The notes beneath the pieces are model-generated. The model was not told the DNA's origin, ran no database searches, and saw only the letters and a program-made list of their open reading frames with translations. From positions 271,268 to 335,267 of the forward strand of contig JBNLVL010000034.1 of NCBI GenBank assembly GCA_050618075.1: a DNA stretch of 64,000 nt, in the 5' to 3' direction. This stretch comes from Myxococcota bacterium (GTDB lineage: Bacteria; Myxococcota_A; UBA9160; UBA4427). Position numbers and translations under genes: made by a program. Of this stretch, positions 50,425-59,513 are shown in pieces; position 1 is the first letter of the stretch; every line of letters starts with the position of its first letter.

Positions 50425-50736
50425 CGCTCGTCTCCCGTGCTGTCCCGGACCGCTTCGGGGTGCGGCCCGAGGTTCCTGTCGAGGTGCACAAGAATTCGGC
50501 TGTGCAGTGAATTTCTTTAGAGAAAAGGGGTGCTTGGAGGGTTTTTCGGTGCACGGGACGCGCTCGGGATGCGCAGTTTCACAAGTCGAGATGCAACGCG
50601 GGGATGCGCGCTACAACCGCGCGCGAACGATCCCTCAAAGAACCCAACCTTCGGTTCAAAGACCGGCAGCTGCGCCGGCGCCTCCTCCCTCTTGCCGAGG
50701 GGCCTTTGCTAGCCTCCGTGGCCTCTGGAGGGACCC

Positions 50737-53418
50737 TTGCGGCGCGCCCTGACCCGCACGCTCATCGCGATGTCCCTCTTCCTGGCCGCCGCAGCGGTCG
50801 GCTACTTCCTCTCTTCCAGCCTGGGCCAGGAGATCGTCCGCGAGGAGATCGAGAGCCAGCTGTCCCGGCTGATGCAGGGCACGGTCACGGTCGAGAACGC
50901 GCGCGTGGTCGCCCGACTCGGACTCCGGCTGGAGGGCGAGAACGTGGAGGTGTACCCGGGCCCCTCGGGGCCGGGTCTCTCCGCGCGAAGGGTCGACGCG
51001 GTGATCGACGTCTTCTCGCTCCTGCTGGGACGCTTCCGGCTGGATTCCCTGCGCGTCGACGATCTGGTGATGCGGGCCGAACGCAACGCCGAGGGCCGCT
51101 GGAGCCCCCATCCCCTGGCCATCCTCCAGGACCGCGACCATCCGGAGGACGACCTCGAGCGACACCTGGCCCTGCTCCACTCGTTCGAGGCGGTCGCCCG
51201 GGCGCTGCTCGAGGAGTCGCGGGTCGCCGACCTCGTGGTGCTCCGCAACGCGCGCGTCGAGCTGGTGGACTGGCTGCCCCGGGGCCCTCGCCAGCCACCC
51301 TTGAAGCTGTCGCTCGAGTCGGTCCGGGCCACCTGGGACCACCGCTGGTACTCGACGGACAGCGAGATCGCCGTGCGCGGCGTGCTGGTCGACGACGAGA
51401 AGCGGCGCACCTCGGTCGAGGCCGAGGGAAGGCAGCTGGGGGGTGGACGGCTGCACTGGACGGTGGCCGCCACCGATCTGCCCCTGGACATCTTCCGCCC
51501 CTACGCGCGGCTGGTCCGGGCGAAGAAGCTGATCGGCCGCCTGTCGGGCGTGGTGGCGTTCGAGACGACGGGGCCGGACAGCGACTCCCTCGAGCTCGAC
51601 TGGGTGCTGTGGAACGGCGGGGTGGCGGTTCCCTGGCGCGACGCGTCCGCCCGCATCGAAGGCGATCGCGTGGGCGTGAACGCCCGGATCGAGCTGCGGC
51701 CGGGGCGCGTGCGCCTGGCCGAGGCCACCATCGCGGCCAGTCCGGAGGTGCTCCAGGTCACCGGCGCCATCGAGCGCCCCATCCGGGAGTCGTCGCGCAC
51801 CCGGCTCTCCATCGAGATCGACGGCATGGAGCTCGGCGACCTGCGCGACGTCGGCGAGTCCCTCCCGCCCGTGGACCGGGGCACCTTCAGCCGCATCCTC
51901 GAGCCCTTCGCCTCGGGGAGCCTCCGCCGGGTCTACGCCACTGCCCGGGGAAGGCTCTCCACCTGGACCGAGCTCCAGAAGCAGCGCCGGCTGACCCTGC
52001 CGCCGGGCTTCCTGATCGGGGCGGAGGTGGAGAAGGCGGAGCTCGTCCTGGGCGCCGAGCCCGAAGACGTGCTGACCGAGGTCGGCGGCGTCATCGAATG
52101 GTCCGGAGACCGCCTGCAGACCCGGAACCTCACGGCGCTCTGGCGCGAGGAGCCCCTCCCCCGGGCTTCGATGTCCATCGAGGGCATCTCGAACATCTTC
52201 GTCCTGCCCGAGACGGAGCGCCGGGTGCGAGCCGGCGCGGCCCCGGTGCCGGGCATCGCGGTGCTCGGCGACTGGCTCCGCGGGCTCGGCGACGAGGGCG
52301 GCGCGCCGGTCGCCTGGCCGCCCATGCACTTCCGGCTGCACGCGCTCCACCACCCCGCGGTCTTCTGGCCGCTTCGGGACGTGGACCTGGTGCTCCGGCT
52401 CCAGCCGGACGGGCTCGATCTGGCTCTGCAGTCCGGGTACTGGGCCGGCGCACCCGTGAGGGGCGAGGCCGTGCTGACGAACGAGCCGGACCGGTCGTTC
52501 TCGGTCTCCATCATCGCGTCGCCTCCGCCCGAAGGCTCGCCGCCCCGGGCCCCCGCCGAGCCCGCTGGGTCGACCCCGGCGCCCTGGCTGAGCGCCCGGT
52601 TCGACCTGGGGCGCATGACCGAGGGGCCCCTGGCCTTCGAGTCGCTCCGGGGCGACGTGGTCGCGACGGAGGGGGTCGCATCGCTCACGGACGTGCGCGT
52701 CGAGCTCGCGGGCGGGGGCCACGTCGAGGGCCGCGCGGACCTCGACCTCACCCGCGACGATCGGGTTCCGGCGGACGTCTCGGCCCAGCTCCTCGACGGC
52801 GACGTCGCCCGACTGTCCCGTCTGTTCGGGCTGGAGGAAGGCACCGCGACCGGCCGGGTGAAGCTGGTGGCTTCGCTGCACGGACCACTCGTCCCCGGGG
52901 AGAAGCCCTGGGCCACGGGATCCGGCCACCTGTCCCTCGACGCGCGGGACGGGGAGATCCGGCGCCGCATGCCCGTGGTGGTGGCCATGGCCCAGGCCAC
53001 CGAGGGCTTCAACCCCTTCTCCGCCCGGGAAGCGGTCACCTACGAGTCGATCCGGACGGACTTCGTCCTCGACGAGGGCGTGCTGAAGAGCGACGAGTTC
53101 CGACTCGAAGGTCCGATGCGCGTGTTCGCGTCGGGATCCCTGGACCTGCGCCCGGACCCGCCGGACATCGACGCGGTGATCGGCGTCTTCCTGCTGCGCC
53201 AGGCCGACCAGCTCCTGGGAAAGGTCCCGATCGTGAACTGGCTCATCTCGGACAAGGGGATGGTGGGCGCCTACTTCGCGCTCACCGGCCCGATCTCGGA
53301 CCCTGCGGTCGACACCCTCCAGGTGAAGACGCTCACCGAGCAGACGCCGGACATCATCAAGGCGCCGTTCCGGGTGCTCAAGTTCCTGCTCCTGGGACGC
53401 GGCAACGGGAAGCGCTGA
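50737..53418 (+). CDS. AsmA-family (YhdP/AsmA2-like) envelope protein
   Basis: 893 aa with a TTG start after GGAGGG. N-terminal anchor LIAMSLFLAAAAVGYFL. C-terminal pattern ...GKVPIVNWLISDKGMVGAYFALTGPISDPAV.... Confidence 0.7.
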   Translation: MRRALTRTLIAMSLFLAAAAVGYFLSSSLGQEIVREEIESQLSRLMQGTVTVENARVVARLGLRLEGENVEVYPGPSGPGLSARRVDAVIDVFSLLLGRFRLDSLRVDDLVMRAERNAEGRWSPHPLAILQDRDHPEDDLERHLALLHSFEAVARALLEESRVADLVVLRNARVELVDWLPRGPRQPPLKLSLESVRATWDHRWYSTDSEIAVRGVLVDDEKRRTSVEAEGRQLGGGRLHWTVAATDLPLDIFRPYARLVRAKKLIGRLSGVVAFETTGPDSDSLELDWVLWNGGVAVPWRDASARIEGDRVGVNARIELRPGRVRLAEATIAASPEVLQVTGAIERPIRESSRTRLSIEIDGMELGDLRDVGESLPPVDRGTFSRILEPFASGSLRRVYATARGRLSTWTELQKQRRLTLPPGFLIGAEVEKAELVLGAEPEDVLTEVGGVIEWSGDRLQTRNLTALWREEPLPRASMSIEGISNIFVLPETERRVRAGAAPVPGIAVLGDWLRGLGDEGGAPVAWPPMHFRLHALHHPAVFWPLRDVDLVLRLQPDGLDLALQSGYWAGAPVRGEAVLTNEPDRSFSVSIIASPPPEGSPPRAPAEPAGSTPAPWLSARFDLGRMTEGPLAFESLRGDVVATEGVASLTDVRVELAGGGHVEGRADLDLTRDDRVPADVSAQLLDGDVARLSRLFGLEEGTATGRVKLVASLHGPLVPGEKPWATGSGHLSLDARDGEIRRRMPVVVAMAQATEGFNPFSAREAVTYESIRTDFVLDEGVLKSDEFRLEGPMRVFASGSLDLRPDPPDIDAVIGVFLLRQADQLLGKVPIVNWLISDKGMVGAYFALTGPISDPAVDTLQVKTLTEQTPDIIKAPFRVLKFLLLGRGNGKR

Positions 53419-53531
53419 GCCAGCCCGCGGCAGAGACACCTCCGGTCGGGTGTATCCTGGGGTGGGAGCCGGCCCCCGCGCCCAGACGGCTGCATCGGCG
53501 CCGGCTCGGGGGACGTCCAAGGGACTGCCGA

Positions 53532-53597
53532 CCATGGGACGGCCCAACCATGGGACGGCCCAACCAAGGGACGGACAAGGGACGGACAAGGGACGGA
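53532..53597 (+). repeat. Composite tandem repeat: 2 x 16 bp (CCATGGGACGGCCCAA) followed after 1 nt by 3 x 11 bp (CAAGGGACGGA)
   Basis: Counted directly (53532-53547, 53548-53563, 53565-53575, 53576-53586, 53587-53597). GGGAC occurs 7 times between 53521 and 53608. Confidence 0.95.
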
Positions 53598-53636
53598 CGG
53601 ACGGGGACTCCGGTGAGGCCGGCAGGGGAGCGCTCG

Positions 53637-54620
53637 ATGGAGCCAACGGAACGGATGGACGACCGGGCGGAGGTCTGGCTCAAGCGGCTGGTGGACGAGG
53701 TGAGCCGGGTGGTCGTGGGTCAGCGGGAGCTGATCGAGGGCCTGCTCGTGGGGCTCCTCGCCGGCGGACACGTCCTGGTCGAGGGCGTGCCGGGCCTGGC
53801 CAAGACCACCGCCGTCCGCACCCTGGCGACCGCGCTCGGCCTGGGCTTCCGGCGCATCCAGTTCACTCCGGATCTCCTGCCCGGCGACCTCACCGGGAAC
53901 CCCGTCTTCCTGCCGGACCGCGGCGAGTTCAGCGTGCGCAGGGGCCCCATCTTCTCACCGGTCCTGCTGGCCGACGAGATCAACCGGGCGCCGGCCAAGG
54001 TGCAGTCGGCGCTGCTCGAGGCCATGGAAGAGCGCCAGGTAACGATCGGCGACGAATCGCTCGCCCTGCCCGACCCGTTCTTCGTCATGGCCACCCAGAA
54101 TCCGGTCGAGCTGGAGGGGACCTATCCGTTGCCCGAGGCCCAGATCGATCGCTTCATGCTGAAGCTGATCGTGGGCTACCCCGATCTCGAGGACGAGCGG
54201 TCCATCGTCGCCAGGGACGCGGCCTCCACAGCGCCGGTGGAGGCGGTCGTGGGCCCGGAGCGCATCGTGGCCCTGCGTTCGGCCCTCGACGAGATCCACA
54301 TGGCCGACGAGGTCGCCGACTATGCGGTGCGCATCGTGCGCGCCACCCGTGAGCCGGACGGGCCGGGACCGGGCCATCGGCTGCCGGGCCAGGGGCCGAT
54401 CTCCCTGGGCGGATCGCCGCGCGCCTCCATCTTCCTGGTCCGGGCGGCCCGGGCCCGCGCCCTGCTTTTCGGCCGGCGCTTTGCCACGCCCCACGACGTG
54501 AAGCGCATGGCGCCCGACGTGCTGCGCCATCGCATCCTGTTGACCTACGAGGCCGAGGCCGACGGCGTCACCGTGGACTCGGTGATCCAGGCGCTGCTGG
54601 ACTCGGTCGAGACCCCCTGA
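53637..54620 (+). CDS. MoxR-family AAA+ ATPase
   Basis: ATG 53637 inside track ORF 50604..54620. Walker A GVPGLAKT and Walker B VLLADEINR. Confidence 0.9.
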   Translation: MEPTERMDDRAEVWLKRLVDEVSRVVVGQRELIEGLLVGLLAGGHVLVEGVPGLAKTTAVRTLATALGLGFRRIQFTPDLLPGDLTGNPVFLPDRGEFSVRRGPIFSPVLLADEINRAPAKVQSALLEAMEERQVTIGDESLALPDPFFVMATQNPVELEGTYPLPEAQIDRFMLKLIVGYPDLEDERSIVARDAASTAPVEAVVGPERIVALRSALDEIHMADEVADYAVRIVRATREPDGPGPGHRLPGQGPISLGGSPRASIFLVRAARARALLFGRRFATPHDVKRMAPDVLRHRILLTYEAEADGVTVDSVIQALLDSVETP

Positions 54621-54623
54621 GCC

Positions 54624-55622
54624 GTGGCCGGTCGGCTCGCGCGCTGGCTCGGCCTCGGGGAGCAGGCCGGCCCCGGAGCGCCGGACTCCGCCATCGCCCT
54701 CGACGACGCCGACCTCGCCCGGGCCGCGCGGCTGCTCGAGGTGCGGACCCGCCGCGAGGCCACCGGGCTGTTCGCGGGCGCCTACACCACGGCGTTTCGC
54801 GGCGGCGGCATGGAGTTCCACGAGTCCCAGCCCTACGTGCCGGGCGACGACGTGCGCGCCCTCGACTGGAACGCCATGGCGCGGACCGGAGAGCCCTTCG
54901 TCAAGCGGTTCCGGGAGGAGCGCGACCAGACGCTGCTCCTGGGCCTGGACACCTCGGCCTCGATGGCGCTGGCCGCCCGGGGCGAGGCCCGCCACCGCGT
55001 CGCCGCCCACGCCGCCGCCCTGCTCGCTGCGGCGGCCGGACAGGCGGGCGACCGCGTGGGGCTCGTGACCTTCGGCGACGCCGTGCGCGAAGGGACGCCG
55101 CCGGGACGGGGAGCGAGCCATACCTGGCGCCTGATCCGCGACGCCGCCCGGGCGAGCGAGGCCCCCCGCGGCTCCACCCGCCTGGCGGCGGGCCTCGAGG
55201 CGCTCCTCGAGCGCAGCGACGCCCGCGCCGTGTGCGTGGTGCTCTCGGACTTCCGGGACTCGGCCGACCCGGACGGAGCCCGTCGAGGCGAGGGCTGGCG
55301 CGCGGCGCTCGCCGCGCTCGCGGGCCGACACGAGGTCGTGTCGATCGTGCTGTACGACCCGGGCGAAGCCGCGCTCCCGGGCGTGGGGCTCGTCCGCATG
55401 GAGGACCCGGAGAGGCCGGGCCGCGTCTGCGTGCTCGACAGCGGACGCCCGGCCGTGCGCGCCCGCTACCGGAGGGCCTGGGCCGCGCGCAGCCAGGCGC
55501 TGGAGTCGACCCTGCGCAGCCAGGGCAGCGACGTCTTGTGGATGCGAACCGACCGCGACCCGCTGCACACGCTGATGCACTACTTCCACCGCCGCGCCGC
55601 GCGCTCGGGGAGGTCGCGATGA
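54624..55622 (+). CDS. DUF58-domain protein (VWA-like, MoxR partner)
   Basis: 332 aa, GTG start 3 nt after the moxR stop. Contains YVPGDDVRALDWNAMARTGEPFVKRFREE. Confidence 0.85.
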   Translation: MAGRLARWLGLGEQAGPGAPDSAIALDDADLARAARLLEVRTRREATGLFAGAYTTAFRGGGMEFHESQPYVPGDDVRALDWNAMARTGEPFVKRFREERDQTLLLGLDTSASMALAARGEARHRVAAHAAALLAAAAGQAGDRVGLVTFGDAVREGTPPGRGASHTWRLIRDAARASEAPRGSTRLAAGLEALLERSDARAVCVVLSDFRDSADPDGARRGEGWRAALAALAGRHEVVSIVLYDPGEAALPGVGLVRMEDPERPGRVCVLDSGRPAVRARYRRAWAARSQALESTLRSQGSDVLWMRTDRDPLHTLMHYFHRRAARSGRSR

Positions 55623-56602
55623 GCCGGCCCTCCCTGCCGGCGTCCATGGCGATCGCGCTGCTGTGCGGGGCGACGGTCGCGAGCTGTCACGAGCCCACCG
55701 CTCCGCCGGTGGTGGCGACCCGGCCCGAAGCGGCGTTGTCCATCGAGCCGCCGCGGCTTCGCATCGGCGACGCCGTGGAGGTCCGGATCGCCCTGCGCAC
55801 GCCCCCCGACCATCACCTGGCCCCCTGGCAGCCCCCGGAGATCGAGGGGGCGTGGCTCCTGGACGTCGACGTGGGAGACGTCCGGCGCGAACCCGGCCAG
55901 TGGCTGCACGACCTCCGGGTCCGCCTGCGGCCGCGGGAGCTGGGAGAGCTCCGCTGGCCCGACACCCGGCTGGTCGTGGTGGACGCGGAGGATCGGGAGA
56001 TCGCGGTTCCGATCGACGGGCGCGCCTTCGAGGTGGTGGCGCCGCCTCCGGTCTTCGCCGAGCGGGACGGTCCGTTCGGCATGTTGGAGGCCGCTCCGGA
56101 GCCGGGCGGCGTGGGCTGGAGCGCGGTCGCGGCCGCAGCGGCGGCCGGCGCCCTGGCCGCCCTGGCCGGGCCGTGGGCCTGGCGGCGCTGGGCCGCGAGC
56201 CACGGCGAGCCGCCGCGACCGGACGCCGTGCGCGCCGACGACGGGCCCGACCTCTACACCTGGGCCGAGCACGAGCTCGACGCCGCGCGCGAGGCGCTCG
56301 ACCGCGAGCCCCTCGTCGCAGCCCGCCGGGCGGCGCGCACCCTGCGCGCCTTCGTGGACCGGCGCTTCCAGGCGGCGGTGCGAGCCCGCACCACGCCGGA
56401 GCTGGCGGCCGGGGACCCGCCCTTCTCCGCGCGCTCGCGCTGGCCCTGGTTCCTGCGCGTGCTGGGCGACCTCGACGACCTGCGCTTCCGGGAGCCGACC
56501 GGAGCCCGGGCCGCCAGCGATTGCGTTCGGCGCGCGGCCGCGGCCCTGGAGGAGACCCGGCGCTTCGTCGAGCAGACCCGGCCGGGCGGTCGCCGCTCGT
56601 GA
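55619..56602 (+). CDS. Hypothetical lipoprotein with BatD-like layout (periplasmic beta domain, TM, cytoplasmic helical tail)
   Basis: ATG 55619 in an ATGA overlap. Lipobox-like TVAS/C. TM segment WSAVAAAAAAGALAALAGPWAW followed by RRW. Confidence 0.6.
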   Translation: MSRPSLPASMAIALLCGATVASCHEPTAPPVVATRPEAALSIEPPRLRIGDAVEVRIALRTPPDHHLAPWQPPEIEGAWLLDVDVGDVRREPGQWLHDLRVRLRPRELGELRWPDTRLVVVDAEDREIAVPIDGRAFEVVAPPPVFAERDGPFGMLEAAPEPGGVGWSAVAAAAAAGALAALAGPWAWRRWAASHGEPPRPDAVRADDGPDLYTWAEHELDAAREALDREPLVAARRAARTLRAFVDRRFQAAVRARTTPELAAGDPPFSARSRWPWFLRVLGDLDDLRFREPTGARAASDCVRRAAAALEETRRFVEQTRPGGRRS

Positions 56603-57708
56603 CCCGCCTGGCGACCCTCACGACCCCGGCCCTGGACGAGGGCGTCTCCGAGCTCGGTGCGCTCCTGGCGCGCCCCCTCGCGGCCCTGGGCATCGACGGC
56701 TTCCTGCAGCCGGGCTGGCTGGCCGTGGGGATGATCGCGTTGGCGCTGGCCCTGTGGCTGGAGATCCGGCGCGCACCGGCCGCGGTGCCGTGGCCCGGCC
56801 TGGCCGAGGCGCGCGCCGCCGGCGCCCGCTCGTGGGAGCCCGTACGCATCGCCGCCCTGCTGCTGCGCGCGGTCGCCCTCGGCTGTCTCGCCGGGGTGCT
56901 GGCCGGCCCGGTCTCCCTGCGGCGGCCCCCGCCGGAGCCGGGCCTGGGGCTGGACCTCGTGCTCGTGCTCGACACCTCGGGGAGCATGGCCTCCCTCGAC
57001 ACGCGATCCGCCGGGCGCACCCGGACCCGCCTGGACCTGGCCCGGGAGGTGGTCGGCCGCTTCGCCCGGGAGCGGGCCGCCGAGGGCGACCGCGTGGGGC
57101 TCGTGGTCTTCGGCGAGGCCGCGTTCACCCAGTGCCCGATCACCCACGACGGCGCCCTCCTGAGCTCGGCCCTCGAACGCACCCGGGTCGGCATGGCCGG
57201 CGAGTCCACGGCCCTGGGCGACGCCCTGGCCCTGGCGGTGAAGCGCGTCCGCGGCAGCGCCGGCAAGGGGGGTCCCGGCCGCGTCGTGGTCCTCCTGACC
57301 GACGGCCGGAACAACGCCGGCGCGATCCCCGTCGACCTCGCGGCCGAGCTGGCGGTGCGGGGAGGCGTCCGGGTGCACACCGTCGGCATCGGCGTGGGCG
57401 GCGACGAGGTCCCCGTGGCCACGCGCTCGAGCGCGCCGGGGGCCGGCCTGCGCTTCGAGCGGCACGACCCGGACCTGGAGTCCCTCGAGCGCCTGGCCCG
57501 GGCGACGGGAGGACGCTTCCACCACGCGCGCCGGGCCGCGGACCTGTCGGCGGTCTACGAGGAGATCGACGCCCTCGAGCGCGTCCCCCGACCGCTCCCG
57601 CCCAGGCTGCGGAGCGCACCCCGTGCGGAGCCGCTGCTCGCGGCCGCGGGGGGCTGCCTGCTCGCCGAGCTCCTGCTCGCGCGGGTGTGGCGGAGGCGCG
57701 TTCCGTGA
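56599..57708 (+). CDS. VWA-domain membrane protein (BatA-like)
   Basis: GTG 56599 in a GTGA overlap. MIDAS motif LVLDTSGSM, and VVLLTDGRNN. Confidence 0.85.
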   Translation: MTRLATLTTPALDEGVSELGALLARPLAALGIDGFLQPGWLAVGMIALALALWLEIRRAPAAVPWPGLAEARAAGARSWEPVRIAALLLRAVALGCLAGVLAGPVSLRRPPPEPGLGLDLVLVLDTSGSMASLDTRSAGRTRTRLDLAREVVGRFARERAAEGDRVGLVVFGEAAFTQCPITHDGALLSSALERTRVGMAGESTALGDALALAVKRVRGSAGKGGPGRVVVLLTDGRNNAGAIPVDLAAELAVRGGVRVHTVGIGVGGDEVPVATRSSAPGAGLRFERHDPDLESLERLARATGGRFHHARRAADLSAVYEEIDALERVPRPLPPRLRSAPRAEPLLAAAGGCLLAELLLARVWRRRVP

Positions 57709-59513
57709 GCGCCGCGGACTTCGTGCATCCGGAGTGGCTGGTCTGGGGGGCGATCGGGGTGGCCCTCGCCTGGGGCGCGGTCGGCTGGGCGGCGCTCGTG
57801 GGGCGAAGGCGCCTGGTCCGGCTCCTGGGGACGTCGGTCGCTCGTCACCCCCGCGGTCCGGTCCTCGAGGCGGGGCTCTGCCTGGCGCTGGCGGCGATCG
57901 CCTTCGCCCTGGCGGGCCCCCTGTGGTCGCGACGCGAGGTGAGGGTCACCTCGTCGGGCACCGACGTCGTGCTGCTGTTCGACGTATCCCGCAGCATGGA
58001 CGCCGGGGACAACCCCCCGAGCCGACTGGAGCGCGCACGCCGGACCGCCCTCGAGGTGCTCGACCGGGTGTCGCCGGGTGATCGTGTGGCGCTCGCCGCC
58101 TTCGCCGACCGGGGCGTACTCCTCACGCCGCTCACGCCCGACACCCGGGCGCTGTCCGCGCTGGTCGCGGCGATCGACAGCGACCTCATCCGGCCCGCGG
58201 GCTCGGACCTGGCCGACGGGCTGCGCGCCGCGCTCACCGCGTACGAGCAAGGCAGCGACCGCCCCCGCGTGCTGCTGGTCTTCTCCGACGGCGAGGTCCG
58301 CCCCGCGCTCGAAGCCCGGGACGTGGGGCCCCTGGAGCTCGCCGGCGTGCGGGCCCTCGCGGTCGGGCTCGGGAGCCCCCACGGCACCACGGTCCCCGAC
58401 GGCGGAGTGCCGCTCCGGGACTCCCGGGGCGAGATCGTGGTGAGCCGGAGGATCGTGGGCTCCCTCGACTCGCTGGCCGCGGGCAGCGGGGGCCGGCTCT
58501 GGCTGACCGACGCCTGGGGCGAGCTGGACCTCGACGCCCTCCTGGCGGAGGTCGGTCGCGACCGGGGACGCGTGACCGACGCCGCGGACTTGCCCGTGGT
58601 GCGGAGCGTCCGCGCGCCGGCGGTGTTGCCGCTGGCCGCCCTCGCGTTCGCGCTGCTGGTGTTGGAGCTGGCCCTGCCGGCGGCGGGGCTCGTGGACACG
58701 GGCGAGCGTCGGGCGCGGGCCCGCCCCGGCGCGCCGGCCGGCTCGCGCTGGGCTCGCCCCGCGGTCGCTTCGGCGCTCGTGGCCGGCGCCGCGCTCCTCG
58801 GGCTGGGCGCCGGCGAGCGGATGGATCCGGTGGCGCGCATCGACGCCCTCGAAGCGGCGGCCCTGCGCCGGCCCCTGGGCGCAGCGGAGCTGATCCAGCT
58901 CGGTGTCGCGCGCTACGAGGCGGGGCGCAGCAGGGAAGCCCGCCACGCGCTGCGCGCAGCGGCGCTGACCGCCCTCGACGAGGGCCGCGCCGACCGGGCC
59001 GCCATCGCCTACCACGACCTCGGCGTGCTGGCGCTCGACGGCGACGACCTCGAGACGGCGCGGGACCACTTCCTCGAGGCCGTGGCTCTCGCGCCGGGCC
59101 TGACCCGGGCCCGCTTCAACCTCGAGTGGACGCTGCGCGCCATGGACGACGAGGACGAACCGCCTCCCAGCGCCCCCGCGTCGCCCGACGACACTCCGGC
59201 CTCGAAGCGGGAGGATCGGACCGACGACCCCGATGACCCGAGAGCCGACGAGCCGTCGGAGGGCGTCGCCTCCCGGCGCCCGCCCCCGCCGGCCGCTTCC
59301 GACCTGTCCGACCCCAGGCGCGAGCCCTCCCCGGCCTCGGCGGGCGCCGCGGCCGGCCGGGGCGACGGCCGCGCGGACAGCCCCCCGCTCGACGCCGAAG
59401 GCGCCGAACGCTGGCTCTCCCGGGTGGGGGACGACACCGCTCGGGCCCTGCGCTCCGCCGCCGAGCTGCCGCCCGGAGAGCGCCGGGGCCGGGGCGGAGG
59501 TCCGGCCTGGTGA
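57705..59513 (+). CDS. VWA-domain protein fused to TPR-like and acidic Pro-rich C-terminal regions (BatB/BatC-like)
   Basis: GTG 57705 in a GTGA overlap. MIDAS motif LLFDVSRSM. TPR-like ...YHDLGVLALDGDDLETARDHFLEAVAL.... Tail DDEDEPPPSAPASPDD.... Confidence 0.8.
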   Translation: MSAADFVHPEWLVWGAIGVALAWGAVGWAALVGRRRLVRLLGTSVARHPRGPVLEAGLCLALAAIAFALAGPLWSRREVRVTSSGTDVVLLFDVSRSMDAGDNPPSRLERARRTALEVLDRVSPGDRVALAAFADRGVLLTPLTPDTRALSALVAAIDSDLIRPAGSDLADGLRAALTAYEQGSDRPRVLLVFSDGEVRPALEARDVGPLELAGVRALAVGLGSPHGTTVPDGGVPLRDSRGEIVVSRRIVGSLDSLAAGSGGRLWLTDAWGELDLDALLAEVGRDRGRVTDAADLPVVRSVRAPAVLPLAALAFALLVLELALPAAGLVDTGERRARARPGAPAGSRWARPAVASALVAGAALLGLGAGERMDPVARIDALEAAALRRPLGAAELIQLGVARYEAGRSREARHALRAAALTALDEGRADRAAIAYHDLGVLALDGDDLETARDHFLEAVALAPGLTRARFNLEWTLRAMDDEDEPPPSAPASPDDTPASKREDRTDDPDDPRADEPSEGVASRRPPPPAASDLSDPRREPSPASAGAAAGRGDGRADSPPLDAEGAERWLSRVGDDTARALRSAAELPPGERRGRGGGPAW

